Assembly: GCA_024405755.1 (NCBI GenBank)
Contig: JAKSOD010000001.1
Coordinates: 85,039-149,038 of the forward strand
From: Clostridia bacterium
GTDB taxonomy: Bacteria > Bacillota > Clostridia > Oscillospirales > CAG-272
Direction: 5' to 3'
Length of the DNA: 64,000 nt
The notes below the pieces were generated by a model. The model made no database searches, had not been told where the DNA came from, and saw only the letters and a list, made by a program, of their open reading frames with translations. Of this stretch, positions 45,234 to 55,639 are shown one piece after another (within the stretch, counting starts at the first letter, position 1; each line of letters starts with the position of its first letter). The translations under genes were made by a program, and so were the position numbers.

Positions 45234-46520
45234 ATGGAAATTTTGCTTGAAATATCCATCGCAATGGTTGCGGGACTTGCTATGTCGCGTGTTGTTAAAC
45301 CGTTCAACCTGCCCGCTGTAACGGCTTATCTTGTTGCCGGACTTCTTATCGGACCTTTTTGCCTCGGTCGGCTTGGTGTTTCCGGACTCGGTTTTACCAC
45401 GGCATCGGAAGTTGAAGCTCTGGATATGATCTGTGATGTTGCGCTCGGGTTTATTGCTTTTGCAATCGGAAACGAATTCCGTCTTTCCGAGCTGAAAACA
45501 ATCGGAAAGCAGGCGGCTGTGATCGGTGTTTTTCAAGCTGTTATCGCAACCGTGTTCGTTGATACAGCACTTGTCGTACTTCATTTTATTATTCCCGACA
45601 AACTTTCTGTGTCGACTGCGATAACCCTCGGTGCCATAGCGTCCGCTACAGCCCCTGCGGCTACACTTATGGTTGTAAAGCAGTACAAGGCGCACGGTAA
45701 ACTTACTGATCTGCTTTTACCTATTGTTGCCCTTGACGACGCAGTAGGACTCGTGATTTTTTCTGTTTCTTTCGGTATTGCCAAAGCTCTGAACACCTCT
45801 TCATTTGATATTATTTCCATTGTCGTAGAGCCTTTGATCGAAATTGTAATGTCCCTTCTTCTCGGAGTTGTTGTCGGAATCGGTTTTTCATTTTTCGAAA
45901 GGTTCTTCCACTCGAACAGCAAAAGACTGTCTCTCGCAGTTACCGCTGTAATACTTACCGTTGCCCTCTCACAGTTGAAATTTGAAATCGGAGGTATTCA
46001 CTTCGGTTTCTCGACACTTCTTGTTTGTATGATGCTTGCTACCGTTTTCTGCAATATCTGTGATTTCTCACTTGAAATCATGGACAGAACGGATAAATGG
46101 ACAGCACCGCTGTTTGTGCTGTTTTTCGTTATCAGCGGAGCCGAACTTGATCTCGGAGTGCTCTCTGACATTGCTGTTGTCGGAATCGGTATCGTGTATA
46201 TCATCGCACGTTCTCTCGGAAAGTATTTAGGCGCAGGCTGGAGTGCGGCATTTATGAAATGTGACGCTCCTGTCAGAAAAAATCTCGGCATTACGCTTCT
46301 CCCCCAGGCGGGTGTTGCTCTCGGAATGGCATCTACCGTCAGCGTCCTCGGAAGTGACGGAGTGATAATCCGCAATATTGTTCTTTTCGGGGTGCTGGTT
46401 TATGAACTTATAGGTCCTATGCTTACTAAAATGGCACTTACACGTGCCGGTGATATCGAGCCAAAGGAAGAAGGAAAGACCGCAAGAAAGAACCCGGAGA
46501 ACGCCGGACGAAAGCATTGA
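45234..46520 (+). CDS. Cation:proton antiporter (Na+/H+ exchanger family, CPA-type)
   Basis: MEILLEISIAMVAGLAMSRVVKPFNLPAVTAYLVAGLLIGP is a typical CPA N-terminus. About 12 TM segments. Confidence 0.75.
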   Translation: MEILLEISIAMVAGLAMSRVVKPFNLPAVTAYLVAGLLIGPFCLGRLGVSGLGFTTASEVEALDMICDVALGFIAFAIGNEFRLSELKTIGKQAAVIGVFQAVIATVFVDTALVVLHFIIPDKLSVSTAITLGAIASATAPAATLMVVKQYKAHGKLTDLLLPIVALDDAVGLVIFSVSFGIAKALNTSSFDIISIVVEPLIEIVMSLLLGVVVGIGFSFFERFFHSNSKRLSLAVTAVILTVALSQLKFEIGGIHFGFSTLLVCMMLATVFCNICDFSLEIMDRTDKWTAPLFVLFFVISGAELDLGVLSDIAVVGIGIVYIIARSLGKYLGAGWSAAFMKCDAPVRKNLGITLLPQAGVALGMASTVSVLGSDGVIIRNIVLFGVLVYELIGPMLTKMALTRAGDIEPKEEGKTARKNPENAGRKH

Positions 46521-46532
46521 CAATAACATTTT

Positions 46533-46562
46533 ACCGGAACGGTTTTTCTGTTCCGGTTTTTT
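46533..46562 (+). terminator. Terminator after the antiporter gene
   Basis: Stem ACCGGAAC / GTTCCGGT, then T6. Confidence 0.7.
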
Positions 46563-46591
46563 CTGTATATGAGAAAAAATACAAAAAATAC

Positions 46592-46620
46592 TTGAATGAT
46601 TATAAAAACCGTGGTACAAT
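46592..46620 (+). promoter_or_regulatory. Sigma-A type promoter candidate for tldD-pmbA
   Basis: TTGAAT, 17 nt, TACAAT. Confidence 0.45.
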
Positions 46621-46659
46621 ATTCTTGGTAAGTATTTCATCTGATACATTAAAGCTGAT

Positions 46660-48060
46660 ATGGAGGATATGAAATTGTTGGAAGAATTTATTTATGAAGC
46701 CGGCGATCTGTTTCCGACAGGAAGCGATGCAGAATTACGGGTTCAGCGAAGCCGTAACCGAGCGGTAAATATTGTGCAGGGCAACCTTGTTGGCAACGGG
46801 CGTTCGGACGCTTCGGGAACTTGTGCAAGAGTCAGGCGAGGAGGCGTGTGCGGATTTTCGTCAATAGCTGATGTTTCAAAAGAGGCAGCACGTGCAGTTT
46901 TGGCATCGGCTGTTGATAATGCGGACTTTATGGACTCAAGACTTTCCCGCGGAAAGGGTGCCTATCCCGTTGTAAAAGGAGCTGTACTGAATGAATCATG
47001 GGAAGTAAGTGATCCGGAACAGAAGTATTATGTTGATTTTCTGAGAGCACTTGATTCATATATTATAGGTAAATATCCTGATTTAGCAAGCCGCGGTTTG
47101 TTTGCTCGTTCTGAATGTATTGAAAAAGTAATAGCTACATCATTCGGTACAAAAGCTCACACTACTTTCCAAAGAAGTTACATTTATGTTCAAATGTCAG
47201 CAATGACACCTGCGGGAATTACCGTAGATAATTTGGCGATACTGGGCGGTTGGAACGAATTTGATCGTAATTTTGTTAAGCCGGAAGATTTTTATGAAAA
47301 AATAGACAATCTTTACAAAGAAGTCAGACTCAAAAGCGAAGGTGTATATGCCGAGGCCGGAACAAAGACCTGTATACTCGGAGGAGATCTTTCCGGTATG
47401 CTTGCACATGAGGCTGTAGGTCATACAGTTGAGGCTGATCTTGTGATCGGAGGCTCGGTTGCAGCCGGAAAAATCGGTCAAAGAGTAGCATCTGATCTTG
47501 TCAGTATGGTTGATTACGCTAATGTCACTCCTTTCGGAATGTCCCCGCTTCCGCTTTATGTTGATGACGAGGGCGTGAGATGCACCGACGCAGAGCTTAT
47601 ACGCGACGGTATTCTTGTAGGTTATATGCACAACCGTGACAGCGCGGAAAGATTCGGCGTTACTCCTTGCGGAAATGCCCGTGCATTTGCATATTCCGAC
47701 GAGCCATTGATACGTATGAGAAATACGGCTGTACTGCCCGGAAAGTCAAAACTTGAAGATATGATCGCTTCTGTGGATGACGGTTATTATCTTTGCTCAA
47801 CCAATAACGGTCAGGCGGATACCACGGGTGAATTCATGTTCGGCATAACTATGGGATATGAGATAAAGCACGGGAAAATCGGGAAAGCCATTCTTGATAC
47901 GACAATATCCGGTGTTGCGTTTGATATGCTTAAAACCGTTGATATGGTGTCCGATACTGTCACATGGTCGTCAAGCGGATATTGCGGAAAGAAACAGCAA
48001 ATGCCTGTTTCTCTCGGCGGACCTGCACTTCGCTGCAAGGTAAATATCGGCGGAAGATGA
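46660..48060 (+). CDS. tldD: TldD-family metallopeptidase
   Basis: The HEAVGH zinc motif (MLAHEAVGHTVEAD) and the family C-terminal Gly-rich region. Confidence 0.8.
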   Translation: MEDMKLLEEFIYEAGDLFPTGSDAELRVQRSRNRAVNIVQGNLVGNGRSDASGTCARVRRGGVCGFSSIADVSKEAARAVLASAVDNADFMDSRLSRGKGAYPVVKGAVLNESWEVSDPEQKYYVDFLRALDSYIIGKYPDLASRGLFARSECIEKVIATSFGTKAHTTFQRSYIYVQMSAMTPAGITVDNLAILGGWNEFDRNFVKPEDFYEKIDNLYKEVRLKSEGVYAEAGTKTCILGGDLSGMLAHEAVGHTVEADLVIGGSVAAGKIGQRVASDLVSMVDYANVTPFGMSPLPLYVDDEGVRCTDAELIRDGILVGYMHNRDSAERFGVTPCGNARAFAYSDEPLIRMRNTAVLPGKSKLEDMIASVDDGYYLCSTNNGQADTTGEFMFGITMGYEIKHGKIGKAILDTTISGVAFDMLKTVDMVSDTVTWSSSGYCGKKQQMPVSLGGPALRCKVNIGGR

Positions 48061-48095
48061 TCTTCATAGTAACTCGAAAGGATCATAAAGAATAA

Positions 48096-49403
48096 ATGAA
48101 AGAAATATACGATCTCGGACAAATTTCCGAGGAAATAATAAAAAAACTCGGCTCTGCGGGTGCGCAGAAATCCTCATGCGGAGTAACTTGCCGTGAGAAA
48201 CATGAATTTAATTATACAAGCGGAGATTTCTCGCTATTCAGAACTCTTTTCAGTACTTCGCTGTCGATCAGTGCGATCAAAGATCAGAAACACGGTGCCG
48301 CTTCGGTAAACAGACTTGACGAAGACGCGATAAATACCGCTGTTGCTGACTGCATTGCCGCGGCAGAGGCATCAGAAGCGGATCCCGCGTGGGATATTGC
48401 TCCTTTGACGGAAAACGCAGAATTTATCAACGGAACTCTTGAACCTGATGTTGAACTTCTGTTTGAACGTACCCGTGAACTTGTTGATACAATAGGGAAA
48501 AAATTCCCCAAAATAGTTATTGAAGAACTTATTGCATCCTATTCCGTATCTCATAGTGTATACGCTAATTCTAACGGAGTAAGATATGACTCGCGAGAAG
48601 GGTATTACAGCATTTCCGTTGATTTTTCTGCTCATGACGGTGATAAGGCGTCTTCATTCTTCTATTCATTTGCTTTGACACCGACTCTGGATAAACCTTT
48701 CATTGAACTTTCTTCCATAGAACAAGATCTTGCAGATATCGAAAAGCAGATAGATACACGTCCGGTCGAAGGAAAATATGTCGGAACGGTTATTCTCGCC
48801 CCCGGATGCCTTGGAGAACTCCTCGGATCTGCACTTGAAAATTTTGCTTCAGATCCCCGAATATTAGATAAAACAAGTATATGGATTGATAAACTCGGGA
48901 AGCAGGTTGCGAGTCCACTGCTTACGGTCAGTTTATCAGTTAAAGATGACAGACTTGCCGTTACTGATGATTATACTTCAGAAGGATTCCGTTCCGAGAG
49001 TTTCAACGTGATAGAAAACGGAATACTGAAACACTTTCTGCTCTCGCTGTACGTTGCGAATAAAACAGGACTTGACCGTGCTCCTAATGACGGAGGAGCC
49101 TGCATAATCGAAGGCGGAGACAAGACACTTGACGAGATCATTTCGGGAATTGACCGCGGACTTATTGTTGGCAGATTCTCGGGAGGACAGCCTGCTGCAA
49201 ACGGTGAGTTTTCGGGAGTTGCCAAAAACAGCTTTATTATCGAGAACGGAAAAATTACGGGAGCTGCAAGTGAGACAATGATCTCCGGAAATCTTGCTGA
49301 TCTTCTTATGAATGTAAATTCAATTTCAAAAGAAACTGTTTGTGACGGTACCTCAATTCTGCCTTATATCGCCTTTGACGGCGTGACTGTATCAGGAAAA
49401 TGA
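48096..49403 (+). CDS. pmbA: PmbA/TldE-family protein
   Basis: Paralogous fold without the HExxxH motif, paired with tldD. Confidence 0.7.
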   Translation: MKEIYDLGQISEEIIKKLGSAGAQKSSCGVTCREKHEFNYTSGDFSLFRTLFSTSLSISAIKDQKHGAASVNRLDEDAINTAVADCIAAAEASEADPAWDIAPLTENAEFINGTLEPDVELLFERTRELVDTIGKKFPKIVIEELIASYSVSHSVYANSNGVRYDSREGYYSISVDFSAHDGDKASSFFYSFALTPTLDKPFIELSSIEQDLADIEKQIDTRPVEGKYVGTVILAPGCLGELLGSALENFASDPRILDKTSIWIDKLGKQVASPLLTVSLSVKDDRLAVTDDYTSEGFRSESFNVIENGILKHFLLSLYVANKTGLDRAPNDGGACIIEGGDKTLDEIISGIDRGLIVGRFSGGQPAANGEFSGVAKNSFIIENGKITGAASETMISGNLADLLMNVNSISKETVCDGTSILPYIAFDGVTVSGK

Positions 49404-50539
49404 TAAATAAAAGGAAAGTATACTGCGGTGCTGACCGGCTTTCAGAATTGAAAGCTGTTCTCGACGGAAGACGCTGCGGATTGCTTACAGCGGCGTCGGG
49501 AATTGATCGTTTCGGAGTTCCGACATACGTTCATCTTTCGGAAGAGTTTCGTCTCACGGTTATGTTTTCACCTGAACACGGTGTTCACTCAGTTCTTCAG
49601 GACGGATCGTGGAGCGGAGAATACGTTGATCCGGAGACTGGAGTTCCGGTTTACGATCTTCCTGCCCAAGGCAGTCCGCGTATTTCGGAAGCACTGTCAA
49701 TGTGTGATGTTGTGCTTTATGATATTCAGGATGTCGGTGCAAGGTTTTATACCTACGTTTATTGCCTGACGTACCTTATGGGAGAATGCGCCGTAAGAAA
49801 TATTCCGGTTTTTATTCTTGACCGTCCCAATCCCATATCCGGAGATCTTTCACTTGCAGAAGGAGCTATTCTCGATGAAGGACGTTTTTCATCTTTTGTC
49901 GGAAGATATGCGCTGCCCGTAAGATACTCACTTACTTGCGGAGAATTTGCATCATATATCAATGATACTCATGGTATTGGATGTGAACTGCACGTAATAA
50001 AGTGTCTTGGCTGGGAAAGAGGATTATATGGCGACGAACTTGATCTGCCTTGGATCAATCCGTCACCGAACATACCTTCCGTCAACTGCGCAGTAAATTA
50101 TATAGGTACTTGTCTTATTGAGGCGACCAATGTATCCGAGGGAAGAGGAACGACGCGTCCGTTTGATCTTGTCGGAGCACCGTTCATTGATTCACGGCGT
50201 CTTGCAGACAGAATGAATTCGATAGGGCTTCCTGGTATTTATTTCAGCCGTGCTTTTTTCAAACCAATGTTCGGAAAACATGCGGGGCAGGCTTGTGAGG
50301 GCGTACAACTTAACATAACGGACAGAAAATCATACCGTCCTCACAGAGCAGGACTTTATCTTCTTGCCGCGCTGAGTGAATTTGAAGGATTTGAGATGAA
50401 ACCAGAATCACTGAATCTCAGATATGGTACCGATGCTCTGACACGCGAAGGAACATTTGATCCTGCAAAGGTATTGGAATCTGAAAAATTGCCGCTTGAC
50501 ACATACGTTTCTTCAGTAAAAAAATATCTTTTTTACTGA
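49400..50539 (+). CDS. namZ: DUF1343 family protein (NamZ-like exo-beta-N-acetylmuramidase)
   Basis: GLLTAASGIDRFG..., FSPEHG, DIQDVGARFYTY and PWINPSPN are characteristic DUF1343 blocks. Confidence 0.65.
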   Translation: MINKRKVYCGADRLSELKAVLDGRRCGLLTAASGIDRFGVPTYVHLSEEFRLTVMFSPEHGVHSVLQDGSWSGEYVDPETGVPVYDLPAQGSPRISEALSMCDVVLYDIQDVGARFYTYVYCLTYLMGECAVRNIPVFILDRPNPISGDLSLAEGAILDEGRFSSFVGRYALPVRYSLTCGEFASYINDTHGIGCELHVIKCLGWERGLYGDELDLPWINPSPNIPSVNCAVNYIGTCLIEATNVSEGRGTTRPFDLVGAPFIDSRRLADRMNSIGLPGIYFSRAFFKPMFGKHAGQACEGVQLNITDRKSYRPHRAGLYLLAALSEFEGFEMKPESLNLRYGTDALTREGTFDPAKVLESEKLPLDTYVSSVKKYLFY

Positions 50540-50551
50540 TTTGTATATTAG

Positions 50552-50581
50552 ACGGTGCACGGATAATCCGCGCACCGTTTG
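50552..50581 (+). terminator. Terminator after the namZ-like gene
   Basis: Stem ACGGTGC..GGA / TCC..GCACCGT, then TTTGATTT. Confidence 0.6.
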
Positions 50582-50616
50582 ATTTAAAAAAATTTTAAAA
50601 AAATCAAGAAATGGTA

Positions 50617-50645
50617 TTGACAATATAGGCAATTTGGATTATATT
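50617..50645 (+). promoter_or_regulatory. Sigma-A type promoter candidate for rubredoxin
   Basis: TTGACA, 17 nt, TATATT. Confidence 0.5.
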
Positions 50646-50675
50646 ATTAGAGCACAATAACAAAGGAGGTAAATT

Positions 50676-50873
50676 ATGATAGTATTTGTTTGTAACCTAT
50701 GCGGTTATGAATACAAGATTTCCGAAGGCTGTCCCGAAAGCGGAATTGAAGAAGGAACAGATTTCGATGATCTTCCCGAGGACTGGACCTGTCCTTACTG
50801 CGGAGCAGGGAAAGAAGAATTCGAAGCTACGGAAGTTGAAAAAGACGAAGAAGATGAAGAAGAGGAAGAATAA
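50676..50873 (+). CDS. Rubredoxin with an acidic C-terminal tail
   Basis: CNLCGYEY ... WTCPYCGAGKEEF (two CxxC knuckles), tail EKDEEDEEEEE, AAGGAGG upstream. Confidence 0.85.
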   Translation: MIVFVCNLCGYEYKISEGCPESGIEEGTDFDDLPEDWTCPYCGAGKEEFEATEVEKDEEDEEEEE

Positions 50874-50909
50874 GATCATTCCTGTTTAATTAATATATTT
50901 TATTAGTTT

Positions 50910-50950
50910 GGCTGTTGCCCCCGCGGTTTTAAACAGCCATTTTTATTTTT
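50910..50950 (+). terminator. Terminator after rubredoxin
   Basis: Arms GGCTGTT / AACAGCC around a GC-rich core, followed by ATTTTTATTTTTT. Confidence 0.6.
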
Positions 50951-50968
50951 TCATTTTGCTGCTTTTTA

Positions 50969-50997
50969 TTGACCTTTAGTGAAAATTGTGTTATACT
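50969..50997 (+). promoter_or_regulatory. Sigma-A type promoter candidate for polA
   Basis: TTGACC, 17 nt, TATACT. Confidence 0.45.
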
Positions 50998-51026
50998 AAA
51001 TTTGTATATTATCGGGAGGAATTTTG

Positions 51027-53567
51027 ATGAAAACACTTCTTGCGGTTGACGGAAACAGTATACTCAATCGTGCGTTTTACGGCGTTCGTCCACTTACTAC
51101 GTCGAAAGGTCTTCATACTAACGCAGTATACGGATTTGTAACAATGCTTTCACATCAGATCGAAAAATTTTCTCCGGACTATTGTGTTGCGGCATTTGAT
51201 CTTCATGCCCCAACTTTCAGACACAAGATGTTTGAAGGATATAAGGCAACGCGTAAGGGAATGCCGGAGGAACTTGCCGAACAGGTCGTATATGCTCATC
51301 GTGCGGCATCCGCTCTCGGATTTACCGTGTTCGAATGTGAAGGTTATGAGGCTGACGATATTCTCGGAACACTTGCTGCACACGGAGAAAATGACGGTGA
51401 TATCAGAACTCTCGTTATGACCGGTGACCGCGATTCATTGCAGTTGATTGACAAGAATACATCAGTACTTCTTGCAACGAATAACGATTATATTCTTTTT
51501 GACCGTGATGCTTTTTTTGAAAAATACGGTGTCGAGCCGGAACAATTTGTTGATGTTAAAGCAATTATGGGGGACAGTTCAGATAATATTCCGGGTATTC
51601 CGGGGATTGGAGAGAAAGGCGCAATTGCACTTATTTCCGAGTTCGGCAGTCTTGAATCTGTTTACGAAAATTACGTTTCGTCAGGTAATTTAAAACCGGG
51701 AATGATTGCAAAACTGGAAGCAGGTCGTGATTCGGCTTTTATGTCTCAGACTCTTGCAAGAATTTTTCGTGATGTACCGTGTGTTCCACCTATATGCGAA
51801 CTCCCTGAATCGGTTAGCGATCGCGTTTTACTGAAAGAATTGTTTACCGAACTTGAATTCAACGGTCTGATAAAAAAATTCGGACTTGACCAAGTTGAAG
51901 AATCATCCGTTCTGAATGAAAGAATGACGGAATTTGACCCTTCAGATCTGACCGTGAAAAATGACCTTGATAGTTTTATCAAATGCATAGAGACCGAGGG
52001 AGCGGCTGTATATACTGATTATGACGGCTTTATTTCTGCTTTTAACGGAAAATTTTCTTCAACCGTTGAAGTTGATCGTGATATTTTAAAGATCATATCC
52101 GAAAGAGCCGCGTCTCTTTGCTGTTATGACTGCAAGACTCTATATAAGTATTTTGACTCCTGCGGAGTTTCTCTCAGAAATATTGGGTTTGACATTATGC
52201 TCGCCGCTTATGTTCTTGATGCTCAGGGAGGAACTGATCTTGACAGAATAATTACTGCTCATTTAGGTGAAATACGTAATGAAAAGATTACGGTTGCAGT
52301 ATATATACGCAGAGCAAAAGAAGTCCTTATTGAAAAACTCCGTCAGCGATCATGTGAAAAGTTGTTTTATGATATTGAAATGCCTCTTGCAGGCGTCCTT
52401 GCCGATATGGAAGAAGAAGGCTTTCTGATCGACCTTGACGGACTTGCCGAATACGGCGGCAGACTCAACGAACTTGCGGGTGAACTTGCCTCAAGAATTT
52501 TCTTTTCGGCAGGTGAAGAGTTCAATATAAATTCCCCAAAACAACTTGGCGATATTCTTTTTGAAAAACTGAAGCTTCCGGCAGGAAAGAAAACCAAAAC
52601 AGGATATTCGACCAATGCCGAAGTACTTGAAAAGCTTGCGCCTTATCATCCTATCGTTGCCGATATACTCGAATACAGGAAAATTACAAAACTAATCGGA
52701 ACTTATGTTGCAGGACTGATTAAAGTTGCAGATGCTGACGGAAGAATCCATACTAATTTCAAACAGACAGGAACTGCAACCGGAAGGCTGTCGTCATCAG
52801 AGCCGAATCTACAGAATATTCCCATTAAAACCGACGAGGGCAGGGAATTACGGAAATACTTTTTGCCGAAGAATGGCTGTGTTCTTATAGATGCGGACTA
52901 TTCTCAGATAGAACTGCGGCTTCTGGCATCTATTTCGGGTGATGAGAGACTTATACGTGCCTTCATTGACGGAGAAGATATCCACACTTCAACTGCTTCT
53001 GCTGTTTTCGGCGTTTCGAAAGAGGCTGTCACACCGATCCTGCGTAAACGTGCAAAAGCCGTAAACTTTGGGATCGTTTACGGTATCGGTGATTTCTCTC
53101 TGTCGCAGGATCTCGGAATCAGCGTAAAACAAGCGAAGGAATATATAGAAAGTTATCTTGCCAATTATCCCGGAGTCAGTGCTTATCTTCGTGATATTGT
53201 GGAAAGCGCAAAAAAGAATGGGTATGTTGATACTCTTTACGGAAGACGCAGGTTTATTCCGGAACTAAGCGGAAAAAATGCAATGCTCCGAAAATTCGGA
53301 GAGAGAGTTGCAATGAACAGCCCGATACAAGGCAGTGCCGCCGACATAATCAAAATCGCAATGATAAACGTCAGCCGAAGACTTTCGGAAGAAGGACTTG
53401 ATGCAAGAATGATACTTCAGGTTCATGATGAACTGATCGTTGAATCCTCAGTCGATTGTGTTGAGCGAGCATCTATTGTTCTCCGCGAAGAGATGGAAAG
53501 TGCTGTCAGTCTGCCCGTTCCTTTGACTGTCGATCTGTCTGTCGGTGAACGTTGGTTCGAAACATGA
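51027..53567 (+). CDS. polA: DNA polymerase I
   Basis: 5'-nuclease N-terminus (LLAVDGNSILNRAFYG, GIPGIGEKGA) and polymerase motifs (DYSQIELR, RRKAKAVNFGIVYG, QVHDEL). ATG 51027 follows GGGAGG. Confidence 0.9.
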   Translation: MKTLLAVDGNSILNRAFYGVRPLTTSKGLHTNAVYGFVTMLSHQIEKFSPDYCVAAFDLHAPTFRHKMFEGYKATRKGMPEELAEQVVYAHRAASALGFTVFECEGYEADDILGTLAAHGENDGDIRTLVMTGDRDSLQLIDKNTSVLLATNNDYILFDRDAFFEKYGVEPEQFVDVKAIMGDSSDNIPGIPGIGEKGAIALISEFGSLESVYENYVSSGNLKPGMIAKLEAGRDSAFMSQTLARIFRDVPCVPPICELPESVSDRVLLKELFTELEFNGLIKKFGLDQVEESSVLNERMTEFDPSDLTVKNDLDSFIKCIETEGAAVYTDYDGFISAFNGKFSSTVEVDRDILKIISERAASLCCYDCKTLYKYFDSCGVSLRNIGFDIMLAAYVLDAQGGTDLDRIITAHLGEIRNEKITVAVYIRRAKEVLIEKLRQRSCEKLFYDIEMPLAGVLADMEEEGFLIDLDGLAEYGGRLNELAGELASRIFFSAGEEFNINSPKQLGDILFEKLKLPAGKKTKTGYSTNAEVLEKLAPYHPIVADILEYRKITKLIGTYVAGLIKVADADGRIHTNFKQTGTATGRLSSSEPNLQNIPIKTDEGRELRKYFLPKNGCVLIDADYSQIELRLLASISGDERLIRAFIDGEDIHTSTASAVFGVSKEAVTPILRKRAKAVNFGIVYGIGDFSLSQDLGISVKQAKEYIESYLANYPGVSAYLRDIVESAKKNGYVDTLYGRRRFIPELSGKNAMLRKFGERVAMNSPIQGSAADIIKIAMINVSRRLSEEGLDARMILQVHDELIVESSVDCVERASIVLREEMESAVSLPVPLTVDLSVGERWFET

Positions 53568-53603
53568 AAACAAATATATTTAATTTAAAATAAAGGAGAA
53601 AAA

Positions 53604-55535
53604 ATGAGATTAAGACCTCCCGCCTATCCTTTGATAACAATAGATCCCAATTTCAGTATATGGTCTGCATCCGATAAACTGACCGATACCGACACGGTAC
53701 ATTGGACCGGAAGTCCTGTTATTATTTCAGGAATTGCCGTTATTGACGGCAAAGAAATGCGTGTTATAGGAAAATATGGAAATGAATTAGTTCCTTCAAT
53801 GAAACAAATAAGTGCAGATTGCAGCACTTTCTCAACTGAATATGTTTTTCAGGATGCCGGTGTTCGTTTGATACTGAAATTCACCTCAGCTCTTATTCCT
53901 GATGACTTGTATCATCTTTCACGTCCCGTGAGTTACCTTGAAGTACGTCGTGAATCCACAGACGGAAAAAAGCACAATGTATCTCTTCGCCTTTCTGTTT
54001 CAGAGCAGATCTGTATGAACATCAAGGGGGACGATGATGTCGTTACCGAAAAAATCAGTCTCGGTAAGTTATCCTCTGTGAGTATGGGACGAAAAAATCA
54101 GCAGATGCTCGTACGTTCCGGAGATAACCTGCGTGCGGAGTGGGGATATTTTTATCTGACCGGTGAAGGAGAGACTTTTGTTACTGTTGACGGGGAAGGG
54201 ATGAACTTCGTCGGGATCAATTCCGAACTCGGAAATAAGCCGTCTCTGTTTACATTTGCATACGACGATATCAAGTCAGTCGAATATTTTCATAAACAGT
54301 TGACTTCCTATTGGAATAAAAACGGGGAAAACATAAGAGACGAGATTGTAAAAGCGCACGGGGACTATAAGGTAGTCTGCCGACGCTGCAGTGAGATCGC
54401 TGACAGGTTGTTTATTGATGCTGTCAGAGCCGGCGGCGAAAAGTATGCGGAAATGCTTGAACTTGCTTTCCGTCAGGCAGTTGCTGCTCATAAGGTTGCC
54501 GTTGATGAGAACGGTGAGATCCTCTTTATTTCTAAAGAGTGTTTCTCCAATGGCTGCGCCGCTACTGTTGACGTCAGTTATCCTTCAATACCGCTTTTCC
54601 TGCTTTATAATCCGGAACTTGTCAAAGGAATGATGAGACCGATATACAAATTTGCACGTTCCGAAGACTGGAAATATGATTTTGCACCTCACGATGCCGG
54701 ACGTTATCCGATACTCAACGGTCAGGCATACGGCGCAAATATTGAACGCCAGATGCCCGTTGAAGAGTGCGGAAATATGATAATTATGGAAGCAACGGTT
54801 GCGATTGCAACGGGGGATGTGTCATTTGCCGCGGAACATATGGATATTCTTGAAAAATGGGTAAAATATCTTATTGAAAACGGAAAGGATCCTGAAAATC
54901 AGCTTTGTACCGACGATTTTGCCGGACATCTTGCTCATAACTGTAATCTGTCTCTTAAAGCGATAATGGGGATTGCCGGATTCGGTATCATAAAAGGAAT
55001 GAGCGGTCAGAAACGCGAAGAGAAAAAATATCTGACAATGGCAAGATCAATGGCACTTGATTGGACAAAGCGTGCATCCAACGGAGACGGAAGTTATCGT
55101 CTTGCATTTGATAAACCCGATACCTTCAGTATGAAATACAACATTGTTTGGGACAAACTCTTCGGGACCGGACTTATGCCGCGTGAAGTTCTGACTTCGG
55201 AGCTGTCAAGTAATCGCAAACATATGAATATGTATGGTTTGCCTCTTGATAACAGAAAAGATTATACAAAATCCGATTGGCTTGTGTGGACCGCTACTCT
55301 TGCCGATGACAGAGAGGAATTTGAATCAATTATTGAACCTATGTGGAATGCCTATAACTCGATGACATCCCGCGTTCCTATGACAGACTGGTATTCCACC
55401 ATTACAGGCTTTCATCATTCATCTTTTTCCAAGAGTGAAAATATTGAAAAAAGTTTCAGGAACCGTACTGTCATAGGCGGTCTGTTCATCAAACTGCTTG
55501 AATATCGTGGTGTACTTAATGTAAAAAAAATCTGA
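53604..55535 (+). CDS. Glutaminase-A-like DUF5127/DUF4965/DUF1793 family protein
   Basis: The N-terminus MRLRPPAYPLITIDPNFSIWS is the hallmark start of this family. 643 aa. Confidence 0.65.
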   Translation: MRLRPPAYPLITIDPNFSIWSASDKLTDTDTVHWTGSPVIISGIAVIDGKEMRVIGKYGNELVPSMKQISADCSTFSTEYVFQDAGVRLILKFTSALIPDDLYHLSRPVSYLEVRRESTDGKKHNVSLRLSVSEQICMNIKGDDDVVTEKISLGKLSSVSMGRKNQQMLVRSGDNLRAEWGYFYLTGEGETFVTVDGEGMNFVGINSELGNKPSLFTFAYDDIKSVEYFHKQLTSYWNKNGENIRDEIVKAHGDYKVVCRRCSEIADRLFIDAVRAGGEKYAEMLELAFRQAVAAHKVAVDENGEILFISKECFSNGCAATVDVSYPSIPLFLLYNPELVKGMMRPIYKFARSEDWKYDFAPHDAGRYPILNGQAYGANIERQMPVEECGNMIIMEATVAIATGDVSFAAEHMDILEKWVKYLIENGKDPENQLCTDDFAGHLAHNCNLSLKAIMGIAGFGIIKGMSGQKREEKKYLTMARSMALDWTKRASNGDGSYRLAFDKPDTFSMKYNIVWDKLFGTGLMPREVLTSELSSNRKHMNMYGLPLDNRKDYTKSDWLVWTATLADDREEFESIIEPMWNAYNSMTSRVPMTDWYSTITGFHHSSFSKSENIEKSFRNRTVIGGLFIKLLEYRGVLNVKKI

Positions 55536-55603
55536 AATAATACTAATATGATCAGACTTGGAAATATACATGACCTTATAGTTTACGAAAACTAAAAAAT
55601 TGG

Positions 55604-55633
55604 GGCTGTTAAAAAACTTGTTTTTTAACAGCC
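55604..55633. terminator. Bidirectional terminator H4 of the GGCTGTTAAAAAA / TTTTTTAACAGCC hairpin family
   Basis: 13-bp perfect stem with a 4-nt loop, flanked by A-rich and T-rich runs. It lies between convergent genes. Confidence 0.7.
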
Positions 55634-55639
55634 TTAAAT

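Noticed and set aside
55604-55633. The A6/T6 hairpins contain GTTAAAA / TTTTAAC, reminiscent of integron attC core sites.
   Set aside because: The order is GTT...AAC rather than RYYYAAC...GTTRRRY, and the purine/pyrimidine pattern does not fit. There is also no integrase and no cassette array.
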